A DNA stretch of 64,000 nucleotides, taken from positions 419,989 through 483,988 of the forward strand of contig OZ025720.1 of NCBI GenBank assembly GCA_964019335.1. Reading direction: 5' to 3'. Source of the stretch: Diplonema japonicum (Eukaryota; Protista; Euglenozoa: Diplonemea). The notes beneath the pieces were generated by a model that was given only the letters and a program-made list of their open reading frames with translations, had not been told where the DNA came from and made no database searches. Each line of letters begins with the position of its first letter. Position 1 is the stretch's first letter. Both the position numbers and the translations under genes were made by a program. Positions 11,210-21,292 of this stretch are shown in pieces.

Positions 11210-12120
11210 CTACCATTCAAGAATAGGAATGACAGAACCGCCGGTGAGGGCTTGGTTGGCGAACATTTGACGCCCGCCACCGTACTTCCAGGTCCCCGAG
11301 TTGGCTCCGTCCCACCAACTCCGCTGCTGCCTTCTTGAGACTTCCTATTATTATTTTTTTTTTTCTCCTTCTCCCTCTTTTGCCTTTATCACATACATGT
11401 TGCCTGAAAATAATCTGGTTAACTTTATAACAGAAAAACAAGCAAGCAAGAGTAGTAAAAATCCTTGTCCACGTCCACCTCGGATTAAGATCGTTTTTGG
11501 AGGCCACGTACTTCACCCAAGCTTCAATCTTCGGTGACATGACCTTCCCGAAACCCGCTTTGTCCACTGTCCTGGGGACAGAGTCCGACATGGCGATCGT
11601 TTCTTTGTCCTGTTTTTTTTTTTTTTTTTTTTTTTGAAAATCCCATACCGAGTACACCAACCCCGCCAATGTGTAGTCGGGAAGGGCGAAGGTCATTCTT
11701 TCATTGAGATGAGGGAGCTCCTCACCCAAGTCCCCGTACATCGTGGACCTCCAGTCGATTAGTTCCGGTGGGATGGTACGGAAGCCTGCAACATGCGCAG
11801 GTTGCACATAATCCTGGTACTGGTACTGGCCCACTGCTGTGTTCGATGCCCTCCGCTGCTCCTTAGTAGGGTTCAAAGGGTCCATGGGGGGCCATGAGAT
11901 GCTGTGGGGGGTTTTTTTTTTCTTTTCTTTTTGTAGGTTTTGCGTACTTCGGGTGGAAACCTAGTTTCCATGCATCTCTCAACTTGGTCTCCATAGTCGG
12001 CTCTGCTAGCCTCTCGTCCTTATCCAGCATCCTAATCTCAGGGGTCCAGTTCCATTTTTGCGTGAACGCAGGATGAGTCCTCGCGGGTTCTATGAACAAG
12101 CGCTTTTGTGTCCGTTTCAT
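11210..12120 (-). CDS. Hypothetical single-TM, probably mitochondrial protein; introns 11902-11947, 11610-11648, 11345-11396
   Basis: Splicing three GT-AG introns joins two listed ORFs and a last exon into one frame: MKRTQKRLFIEP...GFHPNISWPPMDP...GLVYSDKET...FRQHEVSRRQQRSWW...IPILEW*. Short basic N-terminus. Confidence 0.75.
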
Positions 12121-12138
12121 GTCTTTCCCTGGTTTGGT

Positions 12139-12188
<50 letters not shown>

Positions 12189-12473
12189 CGAAGTCGTCGA
12201 GAATGGGAGGTGGATGGAAAACAAAGAGATAAACAGTACAGAAAGAACAAAGATGACAACATTTTTTTCCCCCTCCCTCTCTCCTCAATTTGGGGGTAAC
12301 AACTTTATAGAAATGTGGGGAAAGGGAAGGAGAGTGAGAAGAAGAAGAAAAAAAGAAAAGAAAAAAGAAGACGGGGAATAACTCTAAGATACAAAATAAA
12401 CAAAAAAAATGAAACGGAAGAAGAATAAATAAATAAAAAAAGAAGCACCCCTGCCCCCTCCCTTCTTGCATGG

Positions 12474-14282
12474 CTAGACGTCCTCCAGTTTCCTCCATTC
12501 CTCGAGGACGCTCATCATCTCACGTTCAAAGTTGCTGCGTGTTTTTTTTTTTTTTTTTTTTTTTTTTCCCCTCTTTCCTTTCTTCATACCTCACTGTCGG
12601 GTCAGCGTCGGGGTTGACAGTAGGGGGGGCTGGGTTGGCAACGGGATTTATCTCCACAGGCCAAGGGGCCCCAGGCGGTATCGTCTTAAGTTCCCTCCCC
12701 TCAGGTGCATGTGGTCGTGCATGCGGCGACTTTTTTTTTTTTTTTTTTGAAACTTTTTTTTTTATGGAATTACCTTAGGTGTGTAGCCTATTGCAGAATG
12801 CTCGACCACAGGCTCGTGGGACCGGGATCTGTACGCGGCCCCTGTTGAGAGGACCTGCCCGTGTGTCAAGATGTCCTCCGACTGCCTGCATATCTGTGGA
12901 GTGAATGTGCACTGCTCGAGCTCTCTCCTTTCCTGCTCTCTTTTGATCTCGTTGACGCGCTCCTGTCTGTGCAGCACCAGCCTCTCGTTCCTCCTCATGA
13001 AGGCAGGCGTGCACGTGCTGTACTGTGGTGTCTCCTTGCCGCGTTCTTGCGACTGGTTGCGCTTCGAGAAACGGGAAGGTGTTGCGGGTGTGTTGTAGAG
13101 CGGCTTGCGACCCTTGGCTCCAATCATCTCTTTTGATCTGTTGTTCAGCTTCGGCTGAAAGCTGTGCTTCGACGTGTGCGCCTCGACAGCTAACTTCTCC
13201 TTTTTCTTCTGCGCCTCCTGCCCCTTCGACAGCAAGGTGTTGACCACCGTGTCCATGTCCCGTGACGGCTGCTTCGACGAGGACCGCACAGGGCCCGCCG
13301 CCATGGCAGGCTTGAAGTACGCCTTCCCTGTGACGGGGTCGATGAGCTCCTTCATGGACGCCATGTTGACCATGTCGCGCAGGCGGTCCTCCTTGCGAGA
13401 CGCCTCGTCGAAGAGCCTCTCCCCGACACCACCGTCACGCTGCAGGTTCGAGCTGGAGATGTTGATGTTGGGGCTGAAGACCTCGCGCTCGGGCATCGTG
13501 TTCTTCTTTGTCTGGTACCTTGCGAAGTGTTTGTTCCACCCGCTGATGGGGCCTTTGTACTTCGCTTTCAGTTGCCCCCTCTCCACCATCGCTGCCGACC
13601 TGGGGTTCATCTCCACACGCTGCAGCGTCTCCGCCACGTCGTCCATGCGCTTCTTCGCAGCGTGCTTTCTTCTTTCTTTGTCCAGCCGTTTCGACCACAG
13701 AACAGACTGTTCAGCGAAGCTGGGCCCTTTGGAGGGCAGCTGTCTGGCACGGGAGGTGATCATGGGCTTGGAGGTCACTTGTGAGAGTTCGGAGATGATC
13801 TTGCTCTCACGCTCCCTGCGGAGGCGCTCTTGTCTGTTACGTTCCATGCCGCACCCTATGTAGTAGAGGCGCTCCCCGACAGAAAGGTTCCTGATGTCGA
13901 CGTCCGTAGACTCAGTCAAGAGGTCGGTGTCGTGAGCGGGAGCCTGGTCCGTCCCGAAGCGCACATGTGAGTAGAAGTCGTAGTCGTCCATCTCGGCAAG
14001 TAGAGCATCTGTTCCCATGCCCATGCCCATGTCCATGCCCGTCTGAGGGGGCATTCCCATGCCTAACCCAGGGGATCGGTCATCAAAGCTGCCCCCTGGA
14101 TCCGTGTAGATAGGTGTGGGTGGTTGGTGCTTATCTCCCCCACCCATCACATGCTGTGCTTGGATCACTTCCTCAGCCAGGCCTTCACTCTCTTCGGCTT
14201 CTTCTTCCAGCGTGTACCCCTCCGCTCCCATGCCTGCACTGACGCTAGCCACGTCCCCCCCTGCTGAGGACATCCTTGACAT
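12474..14282 (-). CDS. Hypothetical coiled-coil protein with (F/C)TFxP-type motifs; introns 12730-12773 and 12535-12589
   Basis: Start MSRMSSAG follows a CAG acceptor-like site. Motifs FSPNIN, SFQPKLN, CTFTPQI. Two GT-AG introns extend the frame to ...NFEREMMSVLEEWRKLEDV*. Confidence 0.75.
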
Positions 14283-14910
14283 CTTGACCTGCAGTACATG
14301 AGAAATCGTTGCAACGTGGCTGCTGCATACATCATAATAGAGGGGAGGAGGGGGAAAAGAAAGAAAAGAAAAAAAAAACTTCGACACACGTTCAAACCGA
14401 ACGACGCATGCTATGAGGAAGAGTATAAGGGATGAAGGGGCACAGGAATCAGAAAGAAAAAAGGGGAAGGGGAGCAATGAGGAGTTCACGGAAACCCAAA
14501 AACACAAAATACGAAAAAGAAAAGAGGGACAAGAGGAGAAATAAAATAGTGCGGGCAACGAGGGCTGTGTTATGTAACAAAATGACAAAGGGGGAAAGGG
14601 GGGAAAAAAGAGAAAAAAGGAAGGGGGGGAAAAAAAAGGCAAAACGATAAAAAAAAAAAAAACGGTCTGTCTCTCCCCTCCCCTTTCTTTTTTTTGAATT
14701 CGCCACACTTTTCTTAAACCCTCACTAAAATGCTTCCCTCTGGCTCCCTCCCCTCCCGGTCTAGAAAAGAAAAGGAAAAAGAAGAAGAAAAAACAAATAA
14801 AGGGGGGGAAGGGGGGGATCACACTACGTAGTTCCTGAGACACTATATGGGATTGATTTAGAAAAGAAAAAAGGAAAAGTTACAAAAGAAAAAAAAAAGA
14901 AAATCGCGGT

Positions 14911-14948
<38 letters not shown>

Positions 14949-15002
14949 CACTGAGCCAAAACAAGAACGGAGAAGATGAGAAGGAGGAGGAAGGAGAGGG
15001 CA

Positions 15003-15489
15003 TCAGATACTTCCGGCTCTGTGATCCCAGTACCCGTCCCTGTCTTCGACACCCCGTCTCTCCGATACGTGGAGGGCAGTCTCTTTGCCACCTTGGATCC
15101 TTCTTTTCGCCTGACCCAGTTCATGTTGCCCCCAAGTGAGAATCTTATGAATTTGGTATTCAAAGTAGAACTCTCTGTTGAAACGAACAACAGTAAGAAG
15201 CAGGAAGTACGTCGCAGGGAAGTACCAGAAGTTCATCCACCATGGACGATACGCTCTGTTGACAGTCATGTAGGAGATAAACGCTGCCCCCAAACCGGGA
15301 GGACCTGATGCATTGCTAACTTGTTCACTTGTTCCACATACCCCAATACGACCACGTCGGCGAGTACCTGGAGCCCCACACAATGTGCCTGTCGAGGATG
15401 GTTTGACGATATCTGTTTAATGGAGTTTATTTTTGTTTGAAGCTGTTCTTATTTCTACCTTCTTGTTAGGTGGTAATCTTTCTTGTCAT
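15003..15489 (-). CDS. Small Trp/Tyr-rich membrane protein; introns 15413-15458 and 15305-15341
   Basis: Spliced frame MTRKDYHLTRRYRQTILDRHIVWGSRYSPTWSYWGPPGLGAAF...WYFPATYFLLLTVVRF...RAGSI*. Start uncertain. Confidence 0.6.
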
Positions 15490-15686
15490 CCGCCGGTGCC
15501 ACGAACCAGTGGTGCTGTGTGGTGGGTTTCGACCACGGTGTTATTAAAGTGTTAGGCATCTTGTGTCACCCCTCCCCCTTGGTGTGGTGGTGGAGTACAG
15601 AACAAGGATCAAATTGAATAGGCGGGAAAGGGGAGGGGTCACAAAAATATTTACACCACGACTGACAAAAGAAAAGAAAAAAAAAA

Positions 15687-16961
15687 TCACTCCAGCTTCC
15701 CGTGGCCCTTCCATCCCAGCACCCGCTGGATATCGGTGCTCACCATGCCCACGTAACCTGCGCCACCTGCCTGACCCCATCGGAGGTTGCCCTCTGCAAG
15801 GCCAACCCTTATCCGCGCTGTTTGGATACGTGCTGGGTCGCCCATTACCTGAGCGACCCTGTAGCACTCCTTGTAGTAATGCACTGCTTTGATGTGTTCC
15901 TCTAGCGTAGTGTAGAGTTGCCCCAGCTGCTTGCATGCGTTCCCTATCCCCACGAGGTCCTCTTGATCCTCTGCAATCTCCAGTGCCCTCTTCAGCGACA
16001 GCACCGCTTCGTTGTGCTGCTTGAGTTTCTCTTGCAGCGTAGCGCATTCCCGCACAGCACGGCACTCCTTTTGTTCGCTGTTCATCTGCTTGCTGACCAT
16101 CAGAAACCTTTTCTGGTACTCCAGCGCCTTGTTCAAGTCGCCTAGCAGCACTGTTATGCTTCCCAGCTTGCAAAACGCCTCCGCCTCTGCGTCCTGGTCG
16201 TCGTTGACGTTCGCCGTGTTGACAGCCTTCTCATAGTACTCCCGTGACTCCTCGTAGGCGCCGCCCACCTCGAGAGTCCCCGCTACCGCCATGTACACAC
16301 GGATCAGGTTCGTGTTTGCGCGCTGTTTGAGCTGTGCGTCCCTCGCTGCCTCTGCGATTCTCAGCCCTGCTTCGTGGCATGCCACGGCTTCCTTCAAGTT
16401 CCCCATCCTCTCGTGTGTCAGCCCGAATCTCTCGTAGGCAGCACCTTCTAGTTCCTTGTCTGTCGATAGTTTCACTGCCTTCAGCCCCAACGCATGGAAA
16501 CTGATCGCTGTCTCGTGGTCACCACTTTTTTCAAAGAAGTCAGCCAACTCTATATATCTGTGTTGTTCGTTAGCTGCTTTTGTACGCATACCTATTGTAT
16601 ACTGTTCCGAATTTGCCTTGTTGCTTATTCTCTTCACTCTCCGCAAGCACGTCTGCTATCCACGGAAGCGTGTCTTCTGATATTTTGAACATCACACCAG
16701 CCAGTTCATCGATGCACACGGGTTGCCGGTGCGACAGTTTATGTAGCTCGATGAACGAGTTCACACACCCCCGCATCAGTGTGTGCACGCACAGCCTGTT
16801 TGCGAGGTCCCCATTAGTCAGCCCTTTGTCACTAAGGATTTTCAGCGCTCCCTCTTTGGTGTATACCCTCTCGCCGTTCTCCTGTTGTGGTGTCATGCCA
16901 TCTTCGTCCATACCTTCGTCTCGCACAACGGGGCTCTGAAGTCTATCAAGGCATCTCCCAT
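15687..16961 (-). CDS. TTC29: Tetratricopeptide repeat protein, TTC29-like; introns 16882-16913 and 16558-16591
   Basis: Multiple TPRs (AYERFGLTHERMG, AFCKLGSITVLLG, ACKQLGQLYTTL); N-terminal LCVHTLMRGCVNSFIEL; C-terminal ARIRVGLAEG...LGWK. Two GTATG...CAG introns restore one frame from MGDALID. Confidence 0.75.
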
Positions 16962-17138
16962 AGCACCCTGTGGTGTGTCTGGTAAATGGTACTGAACAAT
17001 AATAATATAATATAGCGGAGGATATATTAGCTTTCTGCCAACAGTGCGAGCCAAGCCACGCACCGTGCCGTGTGGAACTCGAAATTAAAGTGTAAATAAG
17101 GGATAATAAAGAAGGCCTGAGGCGAGCCAGTATATACA

Positions 17139-17804
17139 TCAGCGCCACATTGCGGGTGGAGTGAACGAGCGACAGGCTTTTCGCGAGGAGGTGCGAGGGA
17201 TACGTGTACAAGTAGGTTTTTTTTGCGAAGCGATGGGTGCACCCGCGGCGTCGGTCCACCCATCTGGGTAGGCACGCCTTCGGCGGGCCATTGCATGAGG
17301 GGAAGGTGAGCGGGTGCGAACAAATGTGGACTTGACAGGGGACAGGGGTGTCTTGAGTGGCGGCGGCGGTGGTGGAAGGGACGAGCACCTTTTCTCCTTA
17401 TGCTTCTTGCTCGGTTTCAAGTCCAGTGGTGGGACGTCAGGTGGTGCAAGTGGCTCAATCACTCTCTTCAGTGTCGGTGCCTGTTGACAGGAGTGCTCTG
17501 CACCCTTCTTCTTTGAACAGTACACGGCCACGTCCCCACCACTAACTACTCTCAACTTCTCTTGCGAAGGACTCAGGCTCTGCAGGCTCGCCTCCCCAGG
17601 CGACCACAGGGGTGATGGCAGCTGAGACGACGACGTGGACCACCTTTCAAACCTTGGCAGCGAAAGCTGCTTTACTTCCTCGCGTGTGGCGTAGTTCCTA
17701 TCAAGAGAGAACTGCGGTGGCGACCCCTTCTTGGGCGTCCCCCTGACTGGGGGCGACCGCGGTGACCGCGAGCGCGAAGAAGCGGCAGACCATGTGGTAG
17801 CCAT
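17139..17804 (-). CDS. Hypothetical Ser/Pro-rich protein
   Basis: ORF from ATG 17804 (MATTWS) on the cluster strand, low complexity, no recognisable domain. Confidence 0.5.
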   Translation of the reverse strand: MATTWSAASSRSRSPRSPPVRGTPKKGSPPQFSLDRNYATREEVKQLSLPRFERWSTSSSQLPSPLWSPGEASLQSLSPSQEKLRVVSGGDVAVYCSKKKGAEHSCQQAPTLKRVIEPLAPPDVPPLDLKPSKKHKEKRCSSLPPPPPPLKTPLSPVKSTFVRTRSPSPHAMARRRRAYPDGWTDAAGAPIASQKKPTCTRIPRTSSRKACRSFTPPAMWR

Positions 17805-17893
17805 CCCTGTTGTGTGTGACAGGATACAGTGCAATGAATAAAAAGATCGTAACTAACCAAATGGAGCACGGCAAGCTCTGATGAGTGATACTA

Positions 17894-20326
17894 CTATTTC
17901 CCGTTCGCGGCGCGTTTCTGCAGTTTTTGCATGCGCTTGTCATTTTCTTTTGCTTCAAGCGCCTTCTTGTCACGCCAAGCGGCTTCTCTTCTCTCCTCGT
18001 CGTCAAGGTACTCGATCTGCTCAAGGACAGGGCGGCACTGTGTGGTGTTGCTTGTGTTTTCTTTGCATACCTCGTTGTACCTCACTGACGAGAACCTGAA
18101 GGCCTCCTTCCTGATGGCTTTTGCGGCATCTGCCGCAGTGGGGTCGACGGTGGTGTTGGACCTGGCCTCTTCTTGCCAAAATTCCGTCGTTGTGGCGAAG
18201 AAGTCCTTCAGCGTCTGGTGCGGCTCGGGGGTAGGCACTCCTTCGTCAGCACCCAGCTTGGCCCTGAGCTCGTCTCTCTTCGACCTAATACGCTTCTTTC
18301 CCTTCACCTGCTTCGGTTTCGCCTTGTCGCCTGCCTCCACTTTGTCTTTGCCCTCTTCGCCCTCGCCCTCGCCTTCGTCATCTTCTTCATCTTCTTCATC
18401 TTCATCTGAGTCAGCCTTCCCATGAGCAGGCCCCTCCTCGTCGTCGTCTTCGTCGTCACCAACCTCCTCATCGCTCTCGTACCAGTCCTGCTTGCTCAGA
18501 TCCATCTCTTGCACGGGCTCGAAGGTTTCCAGCGCATTCAGGTTAACCCTGTACATGTCGCTCAACGTTACTTCTCTGTTGCCTTCTTCAAACTGACCAC
18601 CGTAGAGGTACATGTAGTTCCCCATGCAGCACAACTGTGCAGAGAATCGCCCGCAGGGTGTTACCTGTCCAGCTTCGTTCGTTTTGTATGATTTCTTTGA
18701 TCGCTCCTTCGCAGTCTCGTCGAAAGTCACCACCTTCTTTGGCGCCACGTCTTTGTAGTAGCCAAGGCCTTCAGCGCCCATCTTGAAGGCGTACCCCTTC
18801 CTGCTGCCTTGGAAGGTCTCTCTGGCGATGAACGGTTGATCCTCAAAGTCCTCGTCCTCATCGCTAACGTCCTCAGCAACGGGAATGAGCTGTGGGACAG
18901 GCTCTTCTTTTTTCTCGTATCCCACGATTTGGTTCCCCAAGTAGATGGGGATCCCAAGGTCCTCGTCAACTTCCTGCGTTTCGTCTTCAGGCTTTGGCTC
19001 CTCCTTCTTTGTGGGGTTCTGCCCTTTCTTCTTCTTGGGTGGAGGTGGAGCTTTCTTTACTTTTTTCTTAGCAGCACTGAGCTTTGGCATGGCCGAGCTC
19101 GCCCATGATCCCTCGATGGCCTCCTCAGAGTCCTCCGTGTCGCTGCCAGACGCCTCGGAGGGTTCGGGCTCCGTCACCTCTTCAGCCTCTACAGGGGTTA
19201 CGGACGACACCCCGCCTTTCTTCCTTCTCTTCCCGCCTTGTGCCTTCTTCTTTTTTAGGATGAGCGGGAACCACCTCTTGGAGTCCATATTGAAGACGTA
19301 CATGTCGTTGTAGAACCGGGACTTGATCTCGTCCTTGTCTTCGTAATCCATCGCACCACCGAAGAAGATAGCCTTCCTGGCGGACGTGGTCACGGACATG
19401 CCGGACCTGATGTTCGGGGGGATGCCTGCCTTTTTCACGCGTGTCCACATGTTGTTAGCAAGGTTCAAGGAGAACAGGTCGCTGTGCGAGCTGCCGTTGC
19501 GCGCCTTGCCCTCGACGTGGTAGCCGCCGTACAGGAACATCGTGTCACCGTAGACACAGAGGTTCACGGCGCTGCGCTTGGAGGGCTTCTCGCCCTGCGC
19601 GTCGAGGCGCTTCCACTGCGGGAGTGCGTCGAGGTTCGAGAGCGTCCACGTGTCGTCGAAGTACTGCGCTGTGGATGTCACAGTGTCGTGGAAGCCGCCG
19701 AACATGACTGCCGTTCGTTTCCAGAGCACCATGCGGTGTCCAGAGCGGGCCTGGGGGGTGCCCTTTTCCTTGAGCTTGATTTCTTCCCATTCCCACGTAT
19801 TAAGATTCAACCTCCAAAGGTCTTTGTGGTGGTAGAACTGGGACTGGGAGGGGGATGTGAATTCCCCTCCGTAGGAGAGCATGTAGTTCTTGTAAGTAAC
19901 TACCTGGTGCGAGGAACGGGGAGAAGGCGACACCGGGGACGAAACTGTCTTCCAAACTAGCCTGTCAGTGTTGAACCTGTAGAGGGTGTTGTAGCTGTCG
20001 GTACGCTCACCGTTCCAGTACTCACCTCCAAAGAGGATCACCTCAGCGCTGTTCATTGGGTTAGCTGTGAACGTAGCGTTGATGCGTTCGCTGGGCGCGT
20101 CACACTCTTCAACGATGACCTCTCTCTTCTTTTTTTCTTTCTTGCTGTACTGCTCGAGGAGCATCTCAATGTCCTCTTCCTTCAGCTCTCCTTCATCGTC
20201 GAACTTCTCTCTTCTGGAGCGCTTTTCAAGGTTCTTTTGTCTGTGCTTCTTGTCGTTATTCGCCTTGTTCCTCCCTCCCTCTTTATCATTCGCCGCCTTC
20301 TTCCTCTTGTCTCTGCCCTTTCCCAT
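17894..20326 (-). CDS. KLHDC4: Kelch domain-containing protein 4 (KLHDC4/Kel3-like); likely in-frame intron 18038-18070
   Basis: MGK-basic start, ILFGGEYWNG, SPRSSHQ, GGEFTSPSQSQFYHHKDLW, RSGHRM, acidic region, PTPEPHQTLKDFF (DUF4110-like). Confidence 0.88.
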   Translation of the reverse strand: MGKGRDKRKKAANDKEGGRNKANNDKKHRQKNLEKRSRREKFDDEGELKEEDIEMLLEQYSKKEKKKREVIVEECDAPSERINATFTANPMNSAEVILFGGEYWNGERTDSYNTLYRFNTDRLVWKTVSSPVSPSPRSSHQVVTYKNYMLSYGGEFTSPSQSQFYHHKDLWRLNLNTWEWEEIKLKEKGTPQARSGHRMVLWKRTAVMFGGFHDTVTSTAQYFDDTWTLSNLDALPQWKRLDAQGEKPSKRSAVNLCVYGDTMFLYGGYHVEGKARNGSSHSDLFSLNLANNMWTRVKKAGIPPNIRSGMSVTTSARKAIFFGGAMDYEDKDEIKSRFYNDMYVFNMDSKRWFPLILKKKKAQGGKRRKKGGVSSVTPVEAEEVTEPEPSEASGSDTEDSEEAIEGSWASSAMPKLSAAKKKVKKAPPPPKKKKGQNPTKKEEPKPEDETQEVDEDLGIPIYLGNQIVGYEKKEEPVPQLIPVAEDVSDEDEDFEDQPFIARETFQGSRKGYAFKMGAEGLGYYKDVAPKKVVTFDETAKERSKKSYKTNEAGQVTPCGRFSAQLCCMGNYMYLYGGQFEEGNREVTLSDMYRVNLNALETFEPVQEMDLSKQDWYESDEEVGDDEDDDEEGPAHGKADSDEDEEDEEDDEGEGEGEEGKDKVEAGDKAKPKQVKGKKRIRSKRDELRAKLGADEGVPTPEPHQTLKDFFATTTEFWQEEARSNTTVDPTAADAAKAIRKEAFRFSSVRYNEVCKENTSNTTQCRPVLEQIEYLDDEERREAAWRDKKALEAKENDKRMQKLQKRAANGK

Positions 20327-21292
20327 GGTTGTGTCTGGCAGTGCAAAAATAAAAGCTACAAAATCCAAACAAAAAGATGAAATAGGGCACCAGCAAAAAA
20401 AAGGGGGGGAACAAAAAAAAGAAGAATTGAATTATCCAACCCATGTATCATGTGAAAAAAAGAGGCTTCACAAAGATAAGAAGAAAGTTCAAAAAAGCTT
20501 TCATTCTTTCTATTTACTTTCTTTCTTCGCTTCTCTCTTTTTCCTTCCCCCCCCCCCCCTCCTTGGATTACCTGCAACACCTCCGAGCAAAAAACTGTTA
20601 TAGCGGGTTTCTTTTTGCTTTTTTTTTTTCCATCCTTTTTTTTTTAAAATCGTCAACGGGAGTAGACTAAGTACAGTGACACTATGAAACATGATCGACC
20701 ACGGCAAGAAAGAAATCCTAAACATTTTAATTTACCATTTTATTGTTTCGAAAAAAACAAAACCACATATCTCCCCGGACAAAGACCAAAAAAAAAAGGG
20801 GGGTAAAAAGAAAGAAAAAACTCAAAGTACAGGACAAGCCCCCCGCTAGAGGGCCGCCCAAAAAAAAAAAAGAGACATTTAAGGGTACCTGCGGTATGTG
20901 GCAGGACGCCTGAAGAAAGGAGAAAAAATTTAAAAAAGGGGGCACACACACTTCCGCTTTTCTCTCCCCACATATGTATGCGCCCTTAAAACATAGTGTT
21001 GTTTAGTCAGGACATAAGCCTTTAGGGCATCACGCACGGAAGGGGGGATGCTAAAAGAGAAAAATAGTCTATTAAACACCTTGAGACTTTTGTATGAGGA
21101 GAAGGGAGGTCACCTCCCCAGACCTGTATGGGTCTTCCTTTCCCTTCTTAATGTGTGCTCAACAACTGTGCAAACAGATCACAACGGATAAAAAAAGGGG
21201 GGGGAAGGAAAAAAGGAAAAAAAAAAAAAAAAGAGGTGGAAATGGGGGAGAGAAAAATTAAAGTATAAATACTCACAAAGTCCCCAAGTCGT

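Noticed and set aside
3136-18070. Non-canonical (non GT-AG) introns as reported for some euglenozoans
   Set aside because: Every interruption I could resolve is explained by GT-AG boundaries.
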